Shown: piece by piece, positions 24,650 through 37,419 of the stretch
Layout of the letters: every line of letters begins with the position of its first letter
Position numbering within the stretch: position 1 is the first letter of the stretch
Origin: Octopus sinensis
Taxonomy: Eukaryota
Direction of reading: 5' to 3'
Length of the DNA stretch: 64,000 nucleotides
Assembly (NCBI RefSeq): GCF_006345805.1
Contig: NC_043004.1
Location: 31,496,001 to 31,560,000 of the forward strand
Position numbers and translations under genes: made by a program
The notes under the pieces: generated by a model
What the model saw: the letters and a program-made list of their open reading frames with translations, nothing else
Told to the model about the DNA's origin: nothing
Databases searched by the model: none

Positions 24650-26105
24650 CCTCAAAACCAGAGACATGGTCTAAATGTTTACAACAGAGTTAGACTTTAT
24701 TAAAGGGTCTTTAAGAGCAGATGGTGGTATTGAACAGGGTGATGTCTTAAGTCTGCTACTAAAAATACATGAAAGTTATGAGATGTACTGTTGAAGGAAA
24801 CATGCTTTTGTTATACTATAAATATTACCTAGATATGAGAGAGTGTTGTTAGACTAAGGGTTGTTATATTGGATTGACTTGCTGATTCTTAATAATGAAG
24901 TAGGTGCAGCAATATCAGAGGAAATTTAACAGGAAAACTAGCTTTTCTATGTGGAAGATGCACAGGTACAATAAACATTGAAAATGTGCAGAAAATAGAC
25001 TCCATCAACTTCCAGGGGATCAAGTGAGATAGCTTCTGTTATTTAAGTTATTAGTGGAGGTGGATGCTCCAAGAGTTTAGCTATGAGAATAAGATTAGAC
25101 TAGGCAAAGTTCAGAGAGTCCTACCTCTGCTTGCAATAAAGGGCCTCTCGCTCAGAGTGAAAGGCACATTGTATGATGCCTGTGTGCGAACAGCCATGCT
25201 GCATGGCAGGGAAATATGGGCTGTGACAGCCAAAGACATGTGTAGGCTTGAAAGAAGTGAAGCCAGTATGCTTTGCTGGATATGCAACTTCAGTGTGTAT
25301 GTTCAACAGAATGTAAGCATCTTGAGACAAAAGTTGGACATAAGAGGCATCAGATGTGGTGTGCAAGAGAGATGACTTCGCTGGTATGGTCATGTGATGT
25401 GTATGAACAAGGACAGCTATGTAAAGAAGTGCTGATTTCTAATCGTGGAGAGAACTTGTGGTAGAGGTAAACCCAGGAATACAAGGGACGAAGTAGTGAA
25501 GCATGATCTTTGAACTTTGAGTCTCATAGAGTCAAAAACTAGTGACTGAGACCTTTGGCAATATGCTATGCTTGAGAAGACCCTTGAAACCAAGTGGAAT
25601 TGTAAGACATGGCTGATGCTGGTGTCACGTAACTGGTACCTGTGCCAGTGGCATGTAAAGAGCACCTTTCAAGTGTTGGGCCTCACAGAGGCAAAGTGGC
25701 TGAATTCCTTTCAAGCCCTGGGCCTCATGGAGGCAAAGTGACTGAGTTTCTTTCAAGCGTTGGGCCTCAGGGAGGTAAAGTAGTAGAGTTCCTTTTGAGT
25801 GTTGGGCTTCATGGAGGCAATGATCAAGACTTTTGGTATTATGTCGTGCTTGAGAAGAAGACCCATCAAGCCAAGCAAAATTGCTGTCATGGCAGATACT
25901 TGTGTCATTCAAATGGCACCCATGCCAGTGGCACATAAAAGCACCCATTACACTCTCAGAGTGGTTTGTATTAGGAAGAGCATTCAGCTGTAGAAAACCA
26001 TGCTAAATCAGACTGGAACCTGGTGCAGCTGTCCAGTTTACCAGTCCTGATCAAACCATCCAACCCATGCCAGCATGGACAACGGACGTTAAATGATGAT
26101 GATGA
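24650..26105 (+). mobile_element. RTE-clade LINE 3' fragment with 42-bp tandem repeats in the 3' UTR
   Basis: GIEQGDVLS (RT motif remnant); LPLLAIKGLSLRVKGTLYDACVRTAMLHGREIWAVT...; shared tail ending ggacgttaaatgatgatgatg. Confidence 0.85.
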
Positions 26106-26757
26106 TTATGAAACTAATGTATTTGATATATGAGCCAAGAAAATTAAATGGAAAAATTATTACATTAAGGACTAATTCTCTATGCTTCTACACTTTAATT
26201 TGTTTCAGTCACCATGTTTACTATACTACCTACAAGTATCCTGCCTACAGGTTAGTTGAAGATTAATCACAGTATTTATTTTAAATCTGGCACCATTCTA
26301 TAGGTCTCTTTTACTGAATTGCTAGATTATGGGATGCAAACAAAATAGCATCAGCAGTGGTAGGGGAGTCAAACACAAACATACACATAAACATACATAA
26401 TAGTCTGCAACACAGTCTCCATTTAACAAAGTCTCTCCTCACCCAAGGTACTGTAGAGTAGGACTGAACCTAAAAACCACATAGTTGCAAAGCAAACATT
26501 TGGCCCACACAGTCAAATCTCTGCCAAGAAGACAAAGAGAATCACCCTGATACACTAGAATGTAGTAGGGAGCAAGTGTGGTCTTTGATAGCACAGGGAC
26601 AACTTAAGACTTGGTTTTGGCTTTATTGCATCCCATCAGCTTAGCAGAAACTAACCATTGATGCTAGACATTTGAATAAAAAAGGAAAATTAAAACTATC
26701 GCTTGTGAGCAAATTTCATAACATGTGCCACTAATTGTTTATATATATATATTATAT

Positions 26758-26800
<43 letters not shown>

Positions 26801-26801
<1 letters not shown>

Positions 26802-26936
26802 AAAAAGAATTTATTTTAAATACCTACTGTTTTATAACTTGGCTACATGTGTGGTTTAGGAACTGGGAAATGTACCTCATGAAACATGTGTAGCCAAGTT
26901 ATAAAACAGTAGGTATTTAAAATATATTCTTTTTTT
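26801..26936. mobile_element. Palindromic MITE (~50-bp arms) within (TA)n
   Basis: TTTTAAATACCTACTGTTTTATAACTTGGCTACA ... TGTAGCCAAGTTATAAAACAGTAGGTATTTAAAA. Confidence 0.75.
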
Positions 26937-26994
26937 ATATGGCGAGATGAAGGGGCCTACTATCTCTAAATGAATATATATATATATATATATA

Positions 26995-28300
26995 CAGGGA
27001 GTACCTAAAAGAAACTGGAATTTTGCAATATTATTTTATTCTCTTAGTTTTACATGTTTACACTTTTATTGCCTTCAAAGCATTCCCCATTTGAAGCAAT
27101 GCATTGGTTCAAACCCATTTTCCACTGTTTGAAGCAGTCCTGAAACTCTTGTGAAGTGATGCCTTTTAATGCCGCCATCATTTTTTTCTTCACCTCTTCT
27201 ACATCTGCAAAATGTTTTTCTTTAAGAACTCTTTTCATTCAGGAGAACAAAAAGTTGCAGGGAGCAAGATTGGGTGAATAGAGAGGGTGGGTAAGTGGAT
27301 TCATGCCATTTTTGGTCAAAAACTGTCTCACACTCAAGGCGGTGTTTACAGGAGCATTGTAATGAAAACCATCACTCTCCACTTTGCCACAGGTTGGGGC
27401 GTTTTCGTCTCACCATGTCTCACAAACACTTCAGAACTGCCAAGTAAAATGTCTGGTTAGCAGTTCGACCAGGAGGAACAAATTTTGTGTGGACAATTCC
27501 TTTTGCATCGATGAAACAAATCAGCATCATCTTGACATTGGATTTGACTTGCTTTTTGGCAGGGCATGGTGACATTGAATGCTTCCATTGACTTGATTGC
27601 TGCTTCATTTCCAGGTCATAACTATAGCACCAGCTTTTGTCACCAGTGATGACCTTTGAAAGGTGCAGATCAACTTTCAACTGTTCTTTCAGTTCACAAC
27701 ATGCATTCAGTTATGATTGTTTTTGAACTTCTGTGAGCAAGCGAAGCACAACTTTTGCTACTCTTTTCGTTTGCAATTCCTCACTCAAAATTCATTGGCA
27801 GGAGCTCCAGGACATACCAGTCATATCAACAAGTTCATCAATTGTCAGTGACGGTCCTCTAAGATCAGTTCATGAATTTTTGTGATGTTTTCAATTGTTC
27901 CGGAGATCAACAGTCACCCTGAACGATGTTGGTCTTCAAGTGACAGGTGATCATTCCTAAAGTATGAAAACTGCTCATAAACTTGTGTTTTGCTCATGGC
28001 AGCGTCCTTGTAAGCTGTTCGAAGCATGACAATTGTTTTGGCCACTATTTTCCCCAGCAGAAAGCAGAATTTCATAGAAGCACACTGTTCCTTTATTTAA
28101 GCCATTGCAAAAATTGATGAATAGAGGAGAAACACTGCAAAACAAAGATGCACTACATGGCAGTACAGCTTCAATTGACAACGCCAGTCAGCAGACGGAT
28201 GTCTGAGGGTCACATCAAGTGGCTACTAGCAGCAGAAGTCTGAACTATTATGGGCTTGTCCCACAGAGAACATTTTCGGTTACTTTTGGGTACCCTCTCA
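26995..28300 (-). mobile_element. mariner (DD34D) element, ~1.3 kb full length but decayed
   Basis: TA-flanked TIRs CAGGGAGTACCTAAAAGAAACTGGAAT / TTTTCGGTTACTTTTGGGTACCCTCTCA. Minus-strand VITGDKSWCYSYDLEMKQQSSQW...KGIVH..FVPPG.T and MKRVLK.KHFADVEEVK...CF.QW...CIASNGECFEG. Confidence 0.88.
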
Positions 28301-28381
28301 TACAATGTAATGAGTAAATATAGACACCTTCTCAGTCCTCTCACTCTTTACCTGGTGGAACTTTGAAGATGTAACAGCTGG

Positions 28382-28426
<45 letters not shown>

Positions 28427-28955
28427 TAAGCTTCCCCCAGTATTTGGCTGGTCCTCATTTTCAGTTGAGTAGAGCGGAATGACATGAAATAAAGTGCCGA
28501 GTCGAGGTGTTGAACCCATGACATTATGATCATGAACTCAACACTTTAACAACTAGGTTATACAACTTCATATTTGAAATGACTATATAGGATATAGGAT
28601 TTTAGTGAATTCACATTGAGTGTTAGAGTGACTTAGGAGAATAAAATTACATCAGAAGGAAAGAAGGCAAATTAAGAATTAAACAATATATGTATTTAAA
28701 ATAATCATCACTAACACAGTTTCTATATTTTTAAATTGGAATTCCAGTGAAAATATAAATAATTTCTTTGAAGTAACTGTTCTTTCTGTTAATATTCTAT
28801 ATACTAAATATATAAAACTATAATATTCTACTCTGAAAATATGCAGAAAATTATAATATTCTATGCTGCAAATATATATGAAACTATAATATTTTATACA
28901 GTAAATATAATACTCTACATACTAAACTACTAAACATACGTAAAACTATACAAAC

Positions 28956-29091
28956 CTGAAATGATTGCAGGATGGTATCTGTATAGATCAATATGACTGA
29001 AGATATTGAACTTGCACTTGGTTGAAGAATAAACATTACATAAGTTATGCCCAACAAAGGTAGAAGCACCAAAGCACCCTTGACAGCTTTT
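28956..29091 (-). CDS. CRHR-like: Class B1 GPCR exon, TM6-ECL3-TM7 (136 bp)
   Basis: Acceptor ctttaatttcag and donor gtttgt; phase 2 to 0. (R)KAVKGALVLLPLLGITYVMFILQPSASSISSVILIYTDTILQSFQ resembles CRHR RKAVKATLVLLPLLGITY. Confidence 0.95.
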
Positions 29092-30551
29092 CTGAAATTA
29101 AAGAAAACACACATAGCATTAACTGAATAAAATAAATAATACTCTACATCATGGATTGAGTTTTTTCTTCCATCCATTATAACCAATATACTCTATGCTT
29201 CTACTGGTTTTCAGCTAGTTAACCATTACAAACGAGCTGAGGATACAACATCAAATAATGGAGAAGATATGTAATTATTGAATCACTGAAGAACATTGTC
29301 ATACAAAAACTTAGCAAGTGAATAGAGTAAAGTGAAAGCGTGTCTTGAAGAAGAATGAAATGGAAGGTATTTCTTTTGAACAAAAGTATGACCAACGTAC
29401 CTGTATGGGAATACAATTTCACCCCCCACTCCCTGCCCCGAAAATCCTAGAAAATCAAAAGAAGCGGAAAGTTTGAAAAAGAGTTATTCAAGCTTATCAA
29501 AACATTAAGATTCAATGGCAATGCTAATACTTTTCAAAATATGTTGAAGATTATTTGCTGCCAACTACAAACTCTAACAATACATTATTCATTATTCAGG
29601 CATATATATATATAAAACCAAGATTTTGTATGAGTTTGACAGAAATACGCAGTAAATTATTATTTGACAATATAATGAATACATATGAAAAACTCAGTCG
29701 AAATACATACAACATAAGTAACAATGAAGTAAAAGACTTTGTCATGCAGTTGAACATAAAAGAACATGAAAAATGCTCCCAGCTCATGTAAACTGTACTT
29801 CACATTAAAAGATCATAAAAATAATTTTATAGTGAACGTTAAATGTCAGCTGAGCAGTCTGAGCTAGCAAAAGCATATTAGATTCTCTAAATACAAAAAT
29901 TAAGTAAACCTAGCACAATAGAATTGTAGTAGCAGTGTTATTAGACAGTTTAATCTTATCTAAGATGACCCAATTGTAGAATTTTACCTGTTTGACAGTG
30001 TAGAGTACCACCCATCTTTTTTCTAGGAATTTTTTCCTGTAAGCTCTAGGATAAAAAAAAAATATATGCCATCATAACAGATACTAACATTACTATGATA
30101 ATGAATGTAAGAAAGTCGTAATTATTTTTTTAGTAATTCCTTGTTTTTGGTAACACAAAAATAAACTTTTCAATGTAGTCATGGGGAGCCATGATAGAGC
30201 TGATAGAGACAGATCTCATCTCCTATACATACTCCATGTATTAATGAACAGAACAGAAGCTACCTATATAGAACTCTATGCTCTGCATTCAAATCCTTCC
30301 GGTGTCCATGAAATAAAATATCTGTTAAACGCTGGGGTGCAACTCTTACTCCGACCAATTTTTATCTCTTAAACATTCTACTGGGTCAAAAGTGGGAGTG
30401 TTGAGAGATTGTTATGTTCGTTAGCAACTAATATGGCCACTAAAAACATTAAGTTAGTCTATGGCATGGTACATACTGACACCAAATTATATTCATCCGC
30501 AAGTGATGGTTATATATATGATGGTATATATATTATATATATGTATGTATG

Positions 30552-30601
<50 letters not shown>

Positions 30602-30882
30602 GGTATGTATGCATGTGTCATATCATTTGAGACCACAAATCCTATAGATAACCACCTACAGGCAAATAACAGCATGTTGTATAATCAAGCCAAGTAAAAC
30701 CAAGTTTATTGAACAATGTACCTTTTGAAAAGTCACCTGACAAGATACACCTGCACCAAAGGATGCATAATAACTAGTTGGATAGCATTGCACCCATGAG
30801 GGGTCAATACAAAATGGGTTGAAATGATTGCTGTGATTAATCATCTCATGAATTCCATTTTCTGTTTTTTTCATTCTTTATT

Positions 30883-30932
<50 letters not shown>

Positions 30933-30933
30933 A

Positions 30934-30970
<37 letters not shown>

Positions 30971-31085
30971 AAACTTGGTTTTACTTGGCTTGATTATACA
31001 ACATGTTGTTATTTGCCTGTAGGTGGTTATCTATAGGATTTGTGGTCTCAAATGATATGACACATGCATACATACCCCCCCCCCC

Positions 31086-31158
<73 letters not shown>

Positions 31159-31499
31159 CATACATACATATATATAATATATATATATATATTGTTTACA
31201 TCGTAAGAATTTAGAAATTTCAAGAGATTGTGAAATACTTCGTTTTTAATAAATTATTTATATTATTTATATGTTTATTTATATAAACCTATTGTTTACA
31301 GCTTTAACTTGGATTCAACTATTTAAAGCAAATTATATGTATATATATATGCACATACACATACATACATATATTGTACATATAAACATACATTATATAA
31401 TATATACACATTTCCATAAATACAAACACACAGATATACATATAGATGGCAGTTGTCTACTCCTTATGCAGAGTTTGACCACCTCCTGTATGTACACTT

Positions 31500-31940
31500 T
31501 AGAACCATCATGGTATCTGGTGTGACTTTTGAAACCAATGTATTGAAAAGACACCCACATAGATTGCATATCTGATTTGGACCACCAAGAGCAGCAGTTA
31601 AGTTCTGATCTTTGTGGACCTTAAAATGTCTTTTGAGGCATCCGTTAGATTTGCAGACCTTCTGGCATACATTGCAGTAAAAGGTGTGCACAGACATATA
31701 GGCAGAATGGTTGGTGGAGGTTCGTTTTCCATTGACCTGCAAATGAGATCTGAGCCCAGTAAAAGAAAGGCATGGTCTGTCACAAACTGTACACACAAAA
31801 AGGTCATTGTGATTCACCTTCTCAATCATAACATTCTTCCTTAGATCTCTTTTGAATCTTGCATGCATTATCCTGGTCTCTTCAAACACTTTCACTCCAC
31901 TCCACACTTTTGTTCGCCATCCAGTTTGATCAAAAGAAGG
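31500..31940 (-). mobile_element. RTE-type LINE C-terminal fragment with three tandem C2H2-like zinc fingers
   Basis: FDQTGWRTKVWSGVKVFEETR..KRDLRK (RTE DRxxWR..G...FE...KR..RK motif), then CTVC..SHL, CNVC..RHF..H and CNLC..(frameshift)KSHTRYH. Confidence 0.65.
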
Positions 31941-32389
31941 GTTTCTATGTCCTCTGGATCCATACAGATACATGCATACATACACACACATATATAGTAC
32001 ATACACACGCATATATACATATAATATATACATATTTCTTTTATGGCAAAACATCAACACATCTCCTATTTAGTAGCCTTGGAGGCTTTTAACTTTGTAA
32101 TATAGCATTTGTTGTTTATATTTTAGTATACACATCCAAAAACACACAGTTATGCTATAATGTGTTACAAAGTATATTCACCAAAATTATAGCCAATACT
32201 GTATGTATTGTTAGATGTAAACACCTTATCTTTGTACACAAAATCCTTGTGGGCAGAAAGGGATCAACTGAACTAATTCCTATCCTTCTTTTAGATCTTA
32301 TCAGCAACTGAGTACCTGTATATAAAAGCAAAATTATTGTTCAGAGGAAAATACTACCATGTAGTAACCAAATATGACTTCATCACCAT

Positions 32390-32830
32390 CATCATTTAAC
32401 TTCCATTTTTCCAAGCTGGCATGGGTTAGGTGCTTCATCTGGAGTTGGTAAACTGGAGTGCTGTACCAGGCTCCAGCCTGCTTTTGCTTGATTTCTATGG
32501 CTTGATGCTCTTCCTAATGCCATCCAACTCTACAGAGTGTACTGGGTGTCAATTATGTGTCACCAGCACAGGAACCTTTTATGTGTCACCAGTATGGGCG
32601 CCTTTTATGTGTCTTTTACAAGTCAATAGCTCTGGCCATGACCATGATTTCACTTAGTTTGACATGTCTTCTCAAGCACAGCAAATCGCCAGAAGTCTCA
32701 GTTGTTTGTCATCGTCTCCATGAGGCTCAACAACTGAAGATCATGTTTCACCACCTCGTCCCATGTCTTTTAAGGTCTACCTCTTCTGCAGGTTTCCCCC
32801 ACAATTAGAGATCAGCACTTCTTTTCACAG
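32390..32830 (-). mobile_element. RTE-tail / SINE-like repeat
   Basis: Reverse complement of the shared tail (catcatcatttaac...catgggtt...atgctcttcctaatgcc...). Confidence 0.7.
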
Positions 32831-33454
32831 ATGTCCATAACAGAAATACCGTTGTTTTAGTTATCTTAAAGTTCAACTAAGAGAGCCACAAAGTATAAAC
32901 TTTATGGTTCTTCTAAAGGTGAAACAGACAAATGGACACATTGGTAGGAATCCAAACAATTTGGCACAGCCACAAACCTGTTGTTCTTTTAAAGATGATT
33001 TGAAGATGATTTCACTGTTATTTATAACATATCAATTGACAAAATACAGACATTTTGTTGGATTGTCTAACAGTTGAAAAGAATATAACTTGCTTTGTCT
33101 TGAAAGGAAATTAACCCTTTTCAACATTCCTGCTGTAATAAAATGATTCTATAAAACACAGTAGTGTTTACTGCTGTCTATTGAAAGAATGAATGTCATT
33201 TCTGAAGTAATGTGTCAACAACACAAATAACAGCTTTCAGAATGCTTGGAAAACTGCAGAGCAGAATCTCTTCAACTGTATATAATCTTCACTCTAAACT
33301 ATGAAGAAAGCCACAGCTTGGGCTATTAACACTGTGGACGAACATTGTTAAAATATATTTTCTACTTCATATATAAGCAGGCACAGCTGTGTGTGTGTGT
33401 GTGTGTATGACTCATAGGTATGTGAGTGTACATATATGTGTGTCTGTCCATTCG

Positions 33455-33640
<186 letters not shown>

Positions 33641-33710
33641 AAATATATATATAATAATTATTTGAGGGAATATTAATCCTAACTTACAGGATTAATATAT
33701 ATATATAATA

Positions 33711-33753
<43 letters not shown>

Positions 33754-35664
33754 TTCATACGTATGTCTCTCTCTCTCTCTCTGTCACTCTATGCTCTCTC
33801 TGTGATTTAGAAAACAAGTGTTGCAGTTTATTTTCCAGTGAGACAACAGTCCAAGCAGCCTATAATGCAAAGGTGGCTACCGATAATTAGATACAATATC
33901 TCAAAACAATGAACTGTCTTATGGTTTCCTGGCTGTCTTTTTCATTTTATATTTACAGCATCTGGAGGAAGGGGCAATGCCCATGGTCTCCACAGGTACC
34001 TCCTAATTTACTGATATTGATACCATTAATGTTCTTACTGAGCGTTTGTAAATCAAAACCAGCAGGAAGACGTAAGCAGGGAAGGGTTTCCATCAGGCTA
34101 ATGTTCTAGAAACAAAATAGGGGTTAAATATGGGGCTTGGAGAATAAACACAACTAAGATGAAAGTAGAAGGAACAAGTGGATCAGAAATGCTTGAGGGA
34201 AGGTACCCAACAATCTCTGAGATGCAAAGGCCTTTACAGGAGTGGTAGAAAAAGCAGAGAGAGGAGACAGCTTGCTTGCGGGCCAAACAGTGGGGTGTGT
34301 TAGTGATTTTATGCCAGGTGCTTTTCTCAATCACAGCATATCTCCAGAGGTCTCGGTCTTTCAACATTGCCTCTATGTTTACATATGTATTCCCTTTGAC
34401 TTGCTGAGTCAGAAGAAAGGGGCAGTACTCAAGAGGAATATTAATGACATCAATCCCACAGGCCTAGGAGGGACTAAATCATCTCTCATAAATCCTTTTC
34501 TTGGGCATTGGCCGCCCTTCATCATAACCCAGCAAGTATAAAAATGCATACGTCTGTGTGTGTGTGTGTGTATGTGTATATATATATATAGATATATATA
34601 TATATATACACACACAACTCTTTTTTTTTTCATTGATCCTCCTATTTTGTAATTATGGTGATCATATTGTCCATAAATCTAAAATAACATTTTACCTAAC
34701 TGTAAAAATCCCTGTTCACTACTCAAAGCAGGATTGAGATGTTTCACCGAAGAGGTACAATAACCCTGAAACATGTCTGTAACTGTCACCTTCCTCATAA
34801 CAAACGACAGAAATTTCCTTCTAAAACATGAAAATACCATTTTCTGTGAAGTTAATTCTAAATTCCTTGAAATTATTTCCCTTTTGTCTTTGTAAGTTGT
34901 AAACAACTGTCACTAGCTTTTTTTGTTGTTGTTGTTTTCCTTCAACAACAAAGAGGCAAATTTCAATTCATGTAGAATTGTTTTCATCCATCATTCAATG
35001 CACCACCACTTATCTGAATTATTTGATGTCATATCAATAATACGTATAAGCTACTTTCCTTAGCTGTTTTGGTAATTATACAAATTACACCAAAACAAAA
35101 ATCTTCCTAAGTCTTTTTATAACTAAAGATATCCTTGTTCTCTGATCAAAGCATGACTGAGATGGCTATACTTCACTGATAAGCTATTAAAAAGGACCAA
35201 ATGCTTTACGTATATTATTCAGTGCATCATTATCTTTATTGTATTAATGTACAAGGAATTTATTTGCTTTTTCCCAACTGCAGCCATAATTAAGGCTACT
35301 TGTTGACATCATTTGCTTGGAAGAGCTTTATGCTATTCTGTTGTTAAGCAATTTTATTAATATTTTCTTCTCTAAATAGTAGGAAATCTCTTGCTATTTT
35401 CTATAGCAGGACAAGAAATCATTCAGTTTATAAGTAAAAGAAAATATGTATTCTGTTCTTACAATCCATTGTGCAATTTATGTGCTTTCTATTTCCATTG
35501 TCCCCAATGTTACACTGCCTGTGTTTATATAGGTGTATTTATATATGAACGAATGTGCATGACTACCTATTCATACATAGACAAATCTATAACATATATA
35601 TATAAAGATATAATAGAAATCATGCATAGGAAGATATCACACAAATACAACCAGAATACACACA

Positions 35665-35708
<44 letters not shown>

Positions 35709-35964
35709 CACTCAAATATATACATGCACAGATACATATATACATGTTTTATATATATATATATATATATGCTGCATTCTCAGCTTTTTTGCGTTTCTTC
35801 CTTATTCAATTTTTTAGTTCATTATAACATGTGGTTTGTGCCTGATGAATATGTATGAGATATTTCTCAACATATAAAATTATTAGTAGCATTAAAAACA
35901 TGTTTTGTGTCCTTTAAATAATATACATATAACAAAAGAAAAGGTGTATTTCCATGCAGGAAGA

Positions 35965-36790
35965 ATATAGGAAAATTTGTTGTTGAAAATGCATCTAAAT
36001 TTGAAAATCTTGTAATTGTTTTTGAATAAATTTATTTACATACATACCAAACTAGTTTCAACAATATTCTTTAATTATCAATGGTAAAAATTTAAAATTA
36101 TGAATTAGAAAAGCATGTTTAAAAGTTTCAATGTTTACAAGTTTCAATAATATGAAATATGATTTAAATGTTCATAATATTCAATAATACAAAAAAAATA
36201 TGGACCAACCAGAACTGCTGATGACCATTACCCACAGGGAAGGCAACCAGGCAGAATGACAAACTTGGCCACCAGATAAATAAGATGTCACCAGTACTTT
36301 AATGAATCAAAAAGCAGATCCATTCACAGAAAAAATTGTAAAAACACTGGATTCAAAAAAAACACCGTTACAAGTGAAAGTCCCTGCACACAATGGAAAA
36401 AGAATCACAGAAACTGTAAACCAAACCCTTTTTTTACTATCTTCATTTCTTCCTTGTTTTTCTCCCTCTTAACTCAGTACGACCAAAACTTTGATGATCC
36501 ACATTTCTTATCAATCACTACTAACACGACTGAATTTTGTGCATTTAAACAAGATGGTCCATATTTTTTATATTATGGAATATTATGAACATTTAAATCA
36601 TATTTCATATTATTGAAACTTGTAAACATTGAAACTTTTAAACATGCTTTTCTAATTCATAATTTAAAATTTTTACCATTGATAATTAAAGAATATTGTT
36701 GAAACTAGTTTGGTATGTATGTAAATAAATTTATTCAAAAACAATTACAAGTTTTTCAAATTTAGATGCATTTTCAACAACAAATTTTCC

Positions 36791-36795
<5 letters not shown>
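35965..36795. mobile_element. Long-TIR foldback element / MITE (243-bp and 241-bp arms, 347-bp spacer)
   Basis: 35965-36207 is the near-perfect reverse complement of 36555-36795. Confidence 0.75.
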
Positions 36796-36829
<34 letters not shown>

Positions 36830-36905
36830 GTATGAACACACACACACATATATACATTTATGAAGTTATAATAGAAAAAATAAGATGGTAAATTGAATTA
36901 CATAC

Positions 36906-36991
36906 CTGTAGTCAACAGCTTCTGGTGAATTAGCCATGCGAAGTTTAACTATCAATATCCATATAATACTGATAAAGAAAATCACATTTGC
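36906..36991 (-). CDS. CRHR-like: Class B1 GPCR exon, TM5-ICL3 (86 bp)
   Basis: Acceptor ttattacag and donor gtatgt; phase 0 to 2. ANVIFFISIIWILIVKLRMANSPEAVDY(R) resembles CRHR [29 protein letters not shown]. Confidence 0.93.
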
Positions 36992-37206
36992 CTGTAATAA
37001 AGCATTAAAAATTAGAGTACTATCATTAATAAACAACAACAAACTTTTATGTAAAGAAAGAAATCACTGATTCTTTGATAAAGACATAAAACCTGAAATT
37101 TCCTTGAATTTATGATTTTCATTCTTTTTAAGTGGATGATGTCCACATTTATCAATGTAGGGGTTTGTCAACTTATCTTCCTTCTCTTCATTATCATTAT
37201 AATTAA

Positions 37207-37410
37207 GACGGTGAACCAGCAGAATCGTTGCCACACCAGGTAAAATGCATAGCAGTATTTTATATGTCTTTACATTCTGAGTTCAAATTCTGCTAATGTT
37301 GACTTTGCCTTTCATTCTTTTGGGGTCAATAAAATAAGCACCTGTTGAGCACTGGGGTTGATGTAATTGACTAATGCCTCCCTGAAATTACTTATACCAA
37401 AATTTGAAAC
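37207..37410 (+). mobile_element. SINE family A copy
   Basis: Similar to 9687-9918. Confidence 0.75.
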
Positions 37411-37419
37411 CAATATTGT

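Noticed and set aside
25665-25822. 42-bp repeats as a CRISPR-like array
   Set aside because: Units are contiguous with no unique spacers, the context is eukaryotic, and they lie within a LINE 3' UTR.
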